A DNA stretch of 43,301 nt, taken from the IMG/VR virus record IMGVR_UViG_3300025834_000002; one strand, 5' to 3'. The notes beneath the pieces were generated by a model. It searched no databases and was not told where the DNA came from. It was given only the letters and a program-made list of their open reading frames with translations. The position numbers were made by a program, and so were the translations under genes. Source of the DNA: a virus. Positions 34,609 to 42,484 of this stretch are shown here, one piece after another (the first letter of the stretch is position 1; every line of letters starts with the position of its first letter).

Positions 34609-35630
34609 ATTATGAAGAACTCCTCACCATAAATTCTTAGGTTTCTGTGCTTCGTTAGCGCTACTTGGTCGTCTATGTCCGCTAGCACTAAATCAAAAGG
34701 ACTTCTAAGAGTTGAAAGGACAGGGTCTGTACCATTCACTTCCCTACGCTCTCTACCATATACATAATCTTTCTCATTATATTCGTATATGTCTGAATCT
34801 TTGTCAGGTTTGAAAAGGTTTGTACATCTCCCAGTTCTAGCTGTATTCACATAAAATGCAGCTGGTGCGTGAATATCTATTAAATCAACAAGCAGGGGAT
34901 AATAGTCAAGTAGCGCACTCCACATCTTATATGCCATTACGTTATCTGTTTCTGGCTGTATCTGCTTATCAATTCTATGTCTAACAAAATTTATTGCGCT
35001 TCCCAAATCCATCGACATCCAATAGTAAGTTTCCATAGCTCTTGGCAATATAAACCTTGCATCTAATAAACTAATTTCTTTACTATCTAACATTTCACAA
35101 TACAGCTTTTTTGATTCCCTAATAAGCCATTCATACCTACCACCAAAATCATCCTTAGCAATTCCCTCAAACCATTCCTCATAATTCCCTAAATAATTGC
35201 CAGGACTATTCTCAATACTTGTTGGAACTACCGCTGCTTTATTTGTCCACCACTTATCTGCTGAGCATTCCGCAGAGAATGTTGCTGTTCTATATCTTAA
35301 AATGTGAGTAACATCTTGTCCGCTAATTCCCTCAAAAAGGAAGTTTATCTTTATTGTCTCGAGTGCTGAAGGAAGCATCTTGCCCTTAAATATCATATAA
35401 ATTATTTTATCCTTTTCATATTCTGATAAATCATTATTGTGAATTGGATTATCTTCCCACGTTGCAGTCGCAAAATTTACTAAATAATCTCTCAAATCCT
35501 GCATTGTAGGAGCTTTCTCAATTGTTACATTAATAGCTTCTACATTATTCTTAAACTCTGTTGTTGGCTTTTCACCAAATCTAATTGGCATTGGGAAATT
35601 CACTGGTTTCAAATTATTATTTACTGGCAT
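34605..35630 (-). CDS. Divergent ThyX-fold (flavin-dependent thymidylate synthase-like) protein
   Basis: ETIKINFLFEG...LRYRTATFSAECS (RYR at 35289..35297 replaces RHR) and ARFILPRAMETYYWMSMDLGSAINFVRHRID align by eye to the two ThyX signature blocks. Has N- and C-terminal extensions. Confidence 0.6.
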   Translation of the reverse strand: MPVNNNLKPVNFPMPIRFGEKPTTEFKNNVEAINVTIEKAPTMQDLRDYLVNFATATWEDNPIHNNDLSEYEKDKIIYMIFKGKMLPSALETIKINFLFEGISGQDVTHILRYRTATFSAECSADKWWTNKAAVVPTSIENSPGNYLGNYEEWFEGIAKDDFGGRYEWLIRESKKLYCEMLDSKEISLLDARFILPRAMETYYWMSMDLGSAINFVRHRIDKQIQPETDNVMAYKMWSALLDYYPLLVDLIDIHAPAAFYVNTARTGRCTNLFKPDKDSDIYEYNEKDYVYGRERREVNGTDPVLSTLRSPFDLVLADIDDQVALTKHRNLRIYGEEFFII

Positions 35631-36184
35631 ATTTGTATCCCCCTTAATTTTTTTAAAGTCTTTAAATTTTTAATTCTGAAAACCAAATCACCAGTTTCCC
35701 CTTGATTATATTTACTATCTATTAGGAAAACCTTATACCCAAATCTTGATATACAATTTGCATTCGCTCGATTATCTTCCACCACAAATTCTACTTCTGG
35801 AAATTTGGTAACTATTTCTATGTGCTTGTTCTCGCTATGAAACAAAACATCATATGGTAAATTATTAAACTCTAACCACAGCTTAGTCTGAATCCAAAGG
35901 TCTGGATATTTGTGCATAGGCCTTGCGGTGATTAATATTATCTTATAGTCAACATCCCTCAGAGCGCACAACAGCTCTGCTGCTCCTTCTAATACGGGTA
36001 ACTTAATCTTATATCCGCTAGTTCTATATTCGTCCTTGAGCTTCTTATACTTAGCATATGTTAAAAAGGCTTTCATTTCGTTTAGGTCTGAAAAACTACT
36101 ACCTATTTTAAGATTAACAAAATCTATCCAACAATCGGGGTAATTATTTAATACACCGTCTATATCAAAGGCACAACATTTCAT
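35621..36184 (-). CDS. HAD-superfamily phosphatase, 5'(3')-deoxyribonucleotidase-like
   Basis: Motif I FDIDGVL near the N-terminus, ILITAR, VEDN. ATGA overlap with the upstream stop. Confidence 0.65.
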   Translation of the reverse strand: MKCCAFDIDGVLNNYPDCWIDFVNLKIGSSFSDLNEMKAFLTYAKYKKLKDEYRTSGYKIKLPVLEGAAELLCALRDVDYKIILITARPMHKYPDLWIQTKLWLEFNNLPYDVLFHSENKHIEIVTKFPEVEFVVEDNRANANCISRFGYKVFLIDSKYNQGETGDLVFRIKNLKTLKKLRGIQICQ

Positions 36185-37074
36185 ATGTTTAAACACCTCT
36201 CTACAATATTATTTGTTTTAACAGAATGGTCTAGCTGAGCATATCTTCCAAGCAACCTTATACCACAAAAGCCTGTCATTTTCAATTCGTTAACAATCTG
36301 AGTTTTTGTACACCACCTATCAGCTTTGCCATTCCACAAAACCTTTATAGGCTGTGAGCTTTCTAATATTCTACCTTGCTTGCCAACCTTTGTCATTCTA
36401 TATACTGCCGAATCTGAACTTAAATCGTAAATATAATCTAAATCCAAATTAGCAGTAAAAACATCATTACCACGTTCTAAATATTTATAAAAATGAACAT
36501 CCCTTAACATATTATCTAAGAAGAAACCGCATCCGCATAATGCTGCTAGCTCTTGCAAATTTATGGTAGAAATTAAATCCTCATATTCGTCAAAAACCAT
36601 TTGACCATTTCTAAGAATATACCCTAGCGAATGCTGATTAATATTAATACTTTCTACATCTGCAAATATAATATGTTTACTATTATTTTTAATCAATTTC
36701 TGCACCAAGTTAGCTTTTAGCATATCCACACCAAAAATTTCATTGCTGCCAGCGCTCATGCTTTCACTAACCGAAACTCCACCTCTAGCCTTTGCGTTAT
36801 ACATCTCGTTTGCAAACTCTGGTACGCTGCGGCTTAAACCTCCATCTGTTAAATATCCAACTCTGAAGTATCTCATTTCTGATTCATTTATTCCCAACCT
36901 ACCTATCAAGGTAGCACTATACCTATCTATTTTTAATATTCTTGGCCCCATCTGAGAACCTGATAACTGACCACCAATATTTCCTCTTCCTGCAATCAAA
37001 GTATAACCTTTATGTTTGAGCATTTCAATGGCTATCAAGCCAGTTATTCCTCCACCAATTATATACTTACCCAT
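36181..37074 (-). CDS. FAD/NAD(P)-binding Rossmann flavoprotein, UDP-galactopyranose mutase-like
   Basis: KYIIGGGITGLIAIEMLKHKGYTLIAGRGNIGGQL (GxGxxG...IGG) and C-terminal LLGRYAQLDHSV resemble Glf-type proteins. Confidence 0.5.
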   Translation of the reverse strand: MGKYIIGGGITGLIAIEMLKHKGYTLIAGRGNIGGQLSGSQMGPRILKIDRYSATLIGRLGINESEMRYFRVGYLTDGGLSRSVPEFANEMYNAKARGGVSVSESMSAGSNEIFGVDMLKANLVQKLIKNNSKHIIFADVESININQHSLGYILRNGQMVFDEYEDLISTINLQELAALCGCGFFLDNMLRDVHFYKYLERGNDVFTANLDLDYIYDLSSDSAVYRMTKVGKQGRILESSQPIKVLWNGKADRWCTKTQIVNELKMTGFCGIRLLGRYAQLDHSVKTNNIVERCLNI

Positions 37075-37570
37075 ATATATGTCTCACCAACCTATCAAAA
37101 TCTGCATACTTAACCTTTACCTTACGGTTAATTGTGCTTGCATAAAATAGACTTTTAAGAATTGCCTCATGTACTTCTAAAGAAGAACCATGCTGCTCTG
37201 AGGACTCTTTTATATCTTCACTTTCCACCAAAATAAGTAAAGGGTCCAAACCACTCAGCCTTTTATCTATTGAATCATAACTGCTAAAGTCTAAACCTCT
37301 CAGAGCGCCATATGTTTGCTCTGTCAAGTGAAGTCTATCAAAAATTATATTATTACTACTAGCTGCAATCTGCAATAAAACCTCCAACCTCACATTGCTA
37401 ATTTCTTGCGCTAGCTTTAGTTCCCTTGGAGTAGCAATCTTCATATTTGGAAGAACCTTTACCCAATCCGAATACTCATCATGAAATATTACATACTTAA
37501 GTCTATCTGCTAACTTCTTAGCCAAAATACTCTTTCCAACTCTATCTACACCTTCAATTATTATATTCAT
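37067..37570 (-). CDS. Thymidylate kinase-like dNMP kinase
   Basis: IIIEGVDRVGKS P-loop and FDRLHLTEQTYG (the DRY/DRH region of Tmk). Confidence 0.65.
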   Translation of the reverse strand: MNIIIEGVDRVGKSILAKKLADRLKYVIFHDEYSDWVKVLPNMKIATPRELKLAQEISNVRLEVLLQIAASSNNIIFDRLHLTEQTYGALRGLDFSSYDSIDKRLSGLDPLLILVESEDIKESSEQHGSSLEVHEAILKSLFYASTINRKVKVKYADFDRLVRHIYG

Positions 37571-37929
37571 TTCTCTACCTCCAATTTCTCCACATTCATC
37601 TGAATTTTAGTAATTACTGAAGCAAATAACTCTTCGGCATCTATGCCACTAAATATTGCTAAATTAAGAACTGTTATAAATACATCCGCTAACTCTTCCA
37701 TTTTCTCGGCTAAATCATATGTTGAATTCCTATGAGTTTTCCACCGCTTATCTGCTTTTAATAGCTCTCCTAGCTCCTCTACTATTGCACACATATGATA
37801 CTTGAATAATTCTGGATTATCTTTTGTTGCTAGCTTTCCAACCACTATTTGCTGATATGCTCTCTGAGCTTCATATAAGGACTTTAAGGACTCCCTTTCA
37901 GGAGCCCCCATATCTTTATTACCATTCAT
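37567..37929 (-). CDS. All-alpha NTP pyrophosphohydrolase (MazG / dimeric dUTPase-like)
   Basis: AIVEELGELLKADKRWK and MEELADVF acidic metal-binding pairs. Preferred start MNGNKDM (GAGGA RBS), overlapping the SSB stop. Confidence 0.65.
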   Translation of the reverse strand: MNGNKDMGAPERESLKSLYEAQRAYQQIVVGKLATKDNPELFKYHMCAIVEELGELLKADKRWKTHRNSTYDLAEKMEELADVFITVLNLAIFSGIDAEELFASVITKIQMNVEKLEVEK

Positions 37930-38803
37930 TTTCGTCGTCCTCTTCATCATCCTCGTCTGACTCGTCTGCTGCTTCTAGCTTCTTAATGTAATACTTCTCC
38001 GGCTTCTTAGGCTCCACCTTAATCTTGCGCTTTTTACATAATGCATAGAGTTCTTTTGGAGTGAGGTCCTCATACTCATTTTCTTCTTCCTCATCCTCCT
38101 CATCCTCTTCCTCTTCTTCCTCTACACGCTTCTTAGGTTTAGATTTGGACTTAGACTTTTTAGGAGCTTCCTCCTCTTCTTCTTCATCATCTTCGTCCTC
38201 ATCTTCATCATACTTAGCCTTAGACTTAGCTTTTACTTTCTTGCTTTTTTTATTTCTTCTAGGAGTTTCGTCCTCATCCTCATCTTCATCCGAATCCTCA
38301 GGATATGCTTTATCTAATATAGAAAGTACCTTGCTTTCACTAAGTGCCTTTGCTGCTTTATTCTTAAATTTAACCTTATCCATCGGAACAACCGAGTAGG
38401 TGGTATTAGTCTGAGAACCATTCTTTGTGATTATATAATCTCTATCAGTCATGGACTCATAAGTCTCACACATTCCAATAAGAGATGGTATAGGTGAACA
38501 ATTGTTTACCGCTCCCATTAGAAGTTTAGTCTCCTTAGCTTCATAATCCCATACAGACCAACAATATAAATCTCTATGTCTCAAGCTTTCATCATCGTGG
38601 TGCTTGCAATCTCTATCAAATATCTCTTGGCAAGGAACATTAATTCCTGCTTCAAAACTATCGTGAAACTGTATTTTTAAACCATCATCAATTTCCTGCA
38701 AGAATCTTACTCTAACCTTTACACCTGACTTGAAGTACATTATCTTACCTTTGTTTGCGCCACTGCGCTTAACATCATTTTTAATATCACTCATTAATCC
38801 CAT
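37919..38803 (-). CDS. ssDNA-binding protein (T4 gp32-like core) with charged linker, HeH motif and acidic tail ending in Trp
   Basis: VRVRFLQE..FHDSF..C..C.HH..YCWSVW resembles the gp32 AVIRFLPS..H..C..C..C..YWANI layout. Lies between primase and the nucleotide genes. C-terminus DEDDEEDDENEW. Confidence 0.55.
   Translation of the reverse strand: MGLMSDIKNDVKRSGANKGKIMYFKSGVKVRVRFLQEIDDGLKIQFHDSFEAGINVPCQEIFDRDCKHHDDESLRHRDLYCWSVWDYEAKETKLLMGAVNNCSPIPSLIGMCETYESMTDRDYIITKNGSQTNTTYSVVPMDKVKFKNKAAKALSESKVLSILDKAYPEDSDEDEDEDETPRRNKKSKKVKAKSKAKYDEDEDEDDEEEEEEAPKKSKSKSKPKKRVEEEEEEDEEDEEEENEYEDLTPKELYALCKKRKIKVEPKKPEKYYIKKLEAADESDEDDEEDDENEW
38069..38302 (-). repeat. Low-complexity GAA/GAT/AAG coding tract (poly-D/E and poly-K blocks)
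   Basis: Read directly; the plus strand is a long pyrimidine-rich tcttcctc tract. Confidence 0.7.
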
Positions 38804-39732
38804 TAACTATTCTTACCCCCTAAAGTTTTTGTTTTTGCTCTTCTGAATTGCTCTCTATTCATATCGCCGGGGTCTTTTACTCCCTCCGGGAATTGAAATC
38901 TAGTAACTTTAAAAAATCCCTCTAAGTACTTGGTACCTTTAATTCCGCAAACATCATTATCCAGAGCTGATATTATAGTAGTAGTTCCATTTGCTTTCAA
39001 TTTCTTAATCTGTTGGTCGGTCATTTTCCACCCCAGAATTGCTACAACATTCTTGCATCCATTCTGTAGCATCTTTAACCTATCCATATAACCTTCAACT
39101 ATAACTACTACTTTCTTCCCTGCATATTTTCCAACCAAAGTGTTTGCTCTGCTGAATCCCTTATTATAGAGATACTTACGTTTCTTTTCTATCTGCTTGT
39201 CCATTGTTCTGCAAACCCAACCTTTAAACTCATCATTATCAAACATTGGGAATATTAAAGGATAGTTTTTGCTGCAATCATTTACCTTGGCTTTACACTT
39301 CTTCAAGCTTGCTGAAGTAAAACCTCTGCCCTGCATATATTTTAAAGCTGTAGTTTGCTCTTTCCAATCAATAGTTTTTAATCCAAAATAATAATCGTGC
39401 GCCTCATCTAAGGCTTGTGCATTCTCAATCTTATTTTTCACCCTATGTTTTATTTTAATTGCCCGCACTTTCTTACTTCTCAGAATCTTATAATATTTCT
39501 TGCACGCTTCTAGCTCTCCTAAGCTCTTATTCATTAATAGAACAAATTTTAAAGCATCCCCAGAAACATTACATCCAAAGCAGAAAAAACTATTATCAAC
39601 TACATTTATTTTCATGCTAGCATTTACATCCTGATGAAATGGACAAACAATCTTAAATTCACTTTCACCTTCTAACATACCATAGTAATGCATTACCTTA
39701 GCTAATTCTCCGCCGCTAGCAATCTCTACCAC
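38803..39732 (-). CDS. dnaG: DNA primase (CHC2 zinc finger + TOPRIM)
   Basis: CPFHQDVNASMKINVVDNSFFCFGCNVSGDALKF zinc finger. VVIVEGYMD and ISALDNDVCG TOPRIM motifs. GTG start. Confidence 0.85.
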   Translation of the reverse strand: MVEIASGGELAKVMHYYGMLEGESEFKIVCPFHQDVNASMKINVVDNSFFCFGCNVSGDALKFVLLMNKSLGELEACKKYYKILRSKKVRAIKIKHRVKNKIENAQALDEAHDYYFGLKTIDWKEQTTALKYMQGRGFTSASLKKCKAKVNDCSKNYPLIFPMFDNDEFKGWVCRTMDKQIEKKRKYLYNKGFSRANTLVGKYAGKKVVVIVEGYMDRLKMLQNGCKNVVAILGWKMTDQQIKKLKANGTTTIISALDNDVCGIKGTKYLEGFFKVTRFQFPEGVKDPGDMNREQFRRAKTKTLGGKNS

Positions 39733-40197
39733 CTACTTTACTTGAATACTCTTAGTCATTTTTGCAGTATAACAACCTTTCAATTGCTTCAACGAAATTT
39801 CACCCATACTAAAAAGCTCACTAATCTTCTTTCTATTTGGTTCATCTTTCACCACTAAGAATGGCTTGAACTCGCTTGGCTTTACACCACTAGCTTGCAA
39901 TACCTTTTTTAAACCTTCTATATCATTAATTGCGTAACTCTTATCCACCATTTCTAAATATAACTCTTTGTCAAGCTTTTCCTTGAGCTTCTCAGCATCA
40001 TAGCTTATATACATACGCTCTGTTACTAATATCTTTAATGGCGCATAATATTCTGTACCATTCACATCAAACTGCTTAATTTTCTTATCATCCATAAAAT
40101 CTTGCAGTTTTAACTTATTTGCGTTAATCTTATTAGTTGCTTCTATAATCTGCTTTTCTAAGCTCAGGACTTCCCTTGCAATTTGTTTTATGTTCAC
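39733..40197 (-). CDS. Hypothetical early protein (154 aa)
   Basis: GTG start 9 nt after GAAGGGAG; coiled-coil-like N-terminus. Confidence 0.5.
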   Translation of the reverse strand: MNIKQIAREVLSLEKQIIEATNKINANKLKLQDFMDDKKIKQFDVNGTEYYAPLKILVTERMYISYDAEKLKEKLDKELYLEMVDKSYAINDIEGLKKVLQASGVKPSEFKPFLVVKDEPNRKKISELFSMGEISLKQLKGCYTAKMTKSIQVK

Positions 40198-40690
40198 CTT
40201 CTACTACTCCCTTCAAATCTAAGTATACTCCTCTTGGCCACCTATCCCCTGTCTTAACCCAAACAATATTTGAATTCAAAACAATGTACCGCATGCCATT
40301 CTTACATTCTGCTACTATCTCATTTTTGTGTATCTCTTCTACCATACCACTAATAGTTTTGCATCCCACCTTAAAGGCAATTATAACCCCTCGCTTAATA
40401 TTAGCTATATAATAGCTCTTACTTACGGCTGGAGTTTTTAGTGCCCCTTCTAATACTGAAGAGTTGACCTTCACCATACTTGAATTTATTTCCCAATGTT
40501 CTTCCTTCTCCATTGCATCTTCAATATTTATTGCTTCATTTACTTTCTCAGCTATCACATTTATATCCTGCGCCAATTCTATAGCCTCTAATAGCTGTCC
40601 CTTCTTCATTTCATACCTTCCAACAATTTGCAAATCTTTTGCAATTACTAGCAATTCCTTCAAATTCTTCTCATTTAACATACTAAACAC
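40133..40690 (-). CDS. First early protein, with N-terminal HeH/Rho_N-like motif
   Basis: LNEKNLKELLVIAKDLQIVGRYEMKKGQLLEAI. RBS GAGAAGGAG. First ORF after the early promoter. Confidence 0.55.
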   Translation of the reverse strand: MFSMLNEKNLKELLVIAKDLQIVGRYEMKKGQLLEAIELAQDINVIAEKVNEAINIEDAMEKEEHWEINSSMVKVNSSVLEGALKTPAVSKSYYIANIKRGVIIAFKVGCKTISGMVEEIHKNEIVAECKNGMRYIVLNSNIVWVKTGDRWPRGVYLDLKGVVEGEHKTNCKGSPELRKADYRSN

Positions 40691-40715
40691 TCCTTCTCAA
40701 CTATCAACTAATAAT

Positions 40716-40735
40716 TATTTCCCAATTTGGAAATA
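40716..40735 (-). promoter_or_regulatory. 7-bp inverted repeat (candidate operator) just downstream of the early promoter
   Basis: Plus strand TATTTCC-caattt-GGAAATA, 9 nt below the -10 hexamer. Confidence 0.4.
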
Positions 40736-40743
40736 TCTATTTA

Positions 40744-40772
40744 ATTATAATACACTTTTACGGATTTGTAAA
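40744..40772 (-). promoter_or_regulatory. Sigma-A type early promoter
   Basis: Minus strand TTTACAaatccgtaaaagtgtatTATAAT, directly after the late-operon terminator. Confidence 0.75.
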
Positions 40773-40788
40773 TAGAATTATAAACATT

Positions 40789-40812
40789 AAAAAAGGAGGC
40801 ACAAAGGCCTCC
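40789..40812 (-). terminator. Rho-independent terminator closing the late/lysis operon
   Basis: Minus strand GGAGGC-CTTTGT-GCCTCC followed by TTTTTT, 8 nt after the endolysin stop. Confidence 0.85.
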
Positions 40813-40819
40813 CTAATTG

Positions 40820-41464
40820 TTAGACACGATTATTTATATTCTCTAGTAGCAAAGGCAAGAACTTAAGAATTCCAGGCACCTTCTTTTCGTCTGCTAGCTT
40901 CACCACTTCTACTATTGCTTTCTGCCAATCTGCTGAGTTCTCTTCACTTGCACTATGCTCCTGAATTATTTCACGCCAACTTAATTTTTCCTCTAGGTCA
41001 AACTTAAGCCTACCATATAAATTAAACCTAGCTGAATCACCAAATACAACCCCTTTATCAGTACCAATAGCTTCTACAGTTTTCATAGCTCCAGCATATA
41101 TTCCCATATGGTCGATGTGCCCGCTTGCATTCTCGATAAACAGCAAGTCTCCTAGTTGCAATTCTGAGAGCTTTATTGGCTTGCATAATGAATTATATAA
41201 GCTAGCTGCGGTATAATCTTGATTAGGCTTGAGGAGCCCTAGCTGTTGCAATGCCCAAACGATTAAACCAGAACAATCAAATACTTGCTTACCAAGCCAT
41301 TTCTCAGCTTTTACCAACTTACCTTTACTCATAAATTCGTAGTACTTAATGCCGAAGCGCTTTTTAAGAATAACTAATAAAGCTGAGCTAGCTATCTCTC
41401 CTTGCGCTCCAAAAACATAACCGCATCCTATTTTAGTCTTCGCTAACTTTAACAACTTGTTCAA
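40820..41464 (-). CDS. Endolysin, NlpC/P60-family endopeptidase
   Basis: VFDCSGLIVWAL (catalytic Cys) and HIDHMGIYAG (His). Last gene after the holin. C-terminal ~60 aa lack any wall-binding motif I recognise. Confidence 0.8.
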   Translation of the reverse strand: MNKLLKLAKTKIGCGYVFGAQGEIASSALLVILKKRFGIKYYEFMSKGKLVKAEKWLGKQVFDCSGLIVWALQQLGLLKPNQDYTAASLYNSLCKPIKLSELQLGDLLFIENASGHIDHMGIYAGAMKTVEAIGTDKGVVFGDSARFNLYGRLKFDLEEKLSWREIIQEHSASEENSADWQKAIVEVVKLADEKKVPGILKFLPLLLENINNRV

Positions 41465-41783
41465 CTGACTTCACCTTAACCTCTCTGTTTATCTCTTCCA
41501 CTATAGCATCAATTATTAGGCTTACCTCCTTCCTATTGGCCCATTTTAATTTATTAACTATAAGTAGTTCGACTGCTTTCTTTTTATCTGCTCCTCCGCC
41601 TGCTCCCATTCTGGCTTCCATAGCATTAATACCCACCCTAATATTGTTCATCAAGGTAGCATACTTCTCATTCCCTAGCTTTATCTTTAACCACCTGAAA
41701 AAAGTGGATAGTACAAGAGGTGCTGCTAAAGCAAGTAGCACCAAAATCAAAGTTACTAAACATTGCATTAAAAAATTAACCAT
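41433..41783 (-). CDS. Holin (LL-H / holin superfamily 6-like)
   Basis: Single N-terminal TM segment LVTLILVLLALAAPLVLSTFF followed by a charged soluble tail. Position immediately upstream of the endolysin. Confidence 0.65.
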   Translation of the reverse strand: MVNFLMQCLVTLILVLLALAAPLVLSTFFRWLKIKLGNEKYATLMNNIRVGINAMEARMGAGGGADKKKAVELLIVNKLKWANRKEVSLIIDAIVEEINREVKVKSVEQVVKVSED

Positions 41784-41794
41784 TTCAATACCTC

Positions 41795-42157
41795 CTATTT
41801 ATTTATATTTTTTATAATTGTAACAGCTGTTCCCCAAATATAAGAACCTAACAAAGAAACTACAGTACCAATTATTGCTATCTTCCACGCAATACTTAGC
41901 TTTTCCCACATTGTACCTCTAGCATCTTTCAACAATTGTAGTGCTGCCATAGTATCTTCTTGATATTTTTTTGTGTCCTTAGCCATTGTGCTTTGACTCT
42001 CTTGTATAGTTTTAATATAAAACTTTGTTTCCATATGGCTATCCCGTAAATTAAGAACAGTTATCCCCTGCTCCTTCACGGTACACTTTAAGTCAGATAC
42101 ATCGTTTTTAATATGTTCAATGTCTGACTTTAGCACCTCTATATTTATTTCAGCCAC
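41795..42157 (-). CDS. XhlA-like lysis-associated membrane protein
   Basis: N-terminal coiled coil plus C-terminal TM segment IAWKIAIIGTVVSLLGSYIWGTAV. GTG start after GAGGTG. PBSX-like order of tail fiber, small genes, XhlA, holin, lysin. Confidence 0.6.
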   Translation of the reverse strand: MAEINIEVLKSDIEHIKNDVSDLKCTVKEQGITVLNLRDSHMETKFYIKTIQESQSTMAKDTKKYQEDTMAALQLLKDARGTMWEKLSIAWKIAIIGTVVSLLGSYIWGTAVTIIKNINK

Positions 42158-42309
42158 TTCATCACCTCAAATCTTGAAACTATTTTGTTAACATCAACCA
42201 AAACCACCAAAACATACATCTCACCTCTTTTAGATATTGGGAGCTACCTTAGCAACTCCCTTCTCCAATCACACTTACACTGCTGCCAAACCTAATCCTG
42301 TTTGTGGAG

Positions 42310-42450
42310 TTACGGAGCAACAATCATATTTCCACTTTCATCCAATCCTAAAGCTAACAAATCAGCTCTTACTGCTTCTCTGTATTTAATAGGGACTTGC
42401 ACTAAAGTTCTTCTGCCAGCAATAATTAAAGCTACATACATATCAACCAC
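42310..42450 (-). CDS. Small tail-region protein, paralogue 2 (46 aa from the GTG start)
   Basis: (V)VDMYVALIIAGRRTLVQVPIKYREAVRADLLALGL... GGGGAGGTG RBS 5 nt before GTG 42450. The track start at 42492 would add 14 hydrophobic codons. Confidence 0.55.
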   Translation of the reverse strand: MVDMYVALIIAGRRTLVQVPIKYREAVRADLLALGLDESGNMIVAP

Positions 42451-42484
42451 AATAACACCTCCCCTCAAAATTAGTAAAAACATC

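Noticed and set aside
38061-38399. Plus-strand poly-Ser ORF (and the similar 21773..22003).
   Set aside because: It is the antisense reading of the GAA/GAT/AAG tracts that encode the poly-acidic/basic tails of the SSB and the K/E-rich protein.
40133-40197. The 65-nt overlap of the first two early ORFs might indicate a frameshift or sequencing error splitting one gene.
   Set aside because: The downstream ORF has its own GAAGGGAG RBS and GTG start at proper spacing. No slippery motif was seen. The overlap is probably just a late stop codon in the upstream frame.
42145-42219. 24-aa ORF (MYVLVVLVDVNKIVSRFEVMKWLK) with a GAGGTGAG RBS upstream of the XhlA-like gene.
   Set aside because: It is too short to support and overlaps the XhlA RBS and start out of frame. 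It could be a leader peptide, but nothing else supports that.
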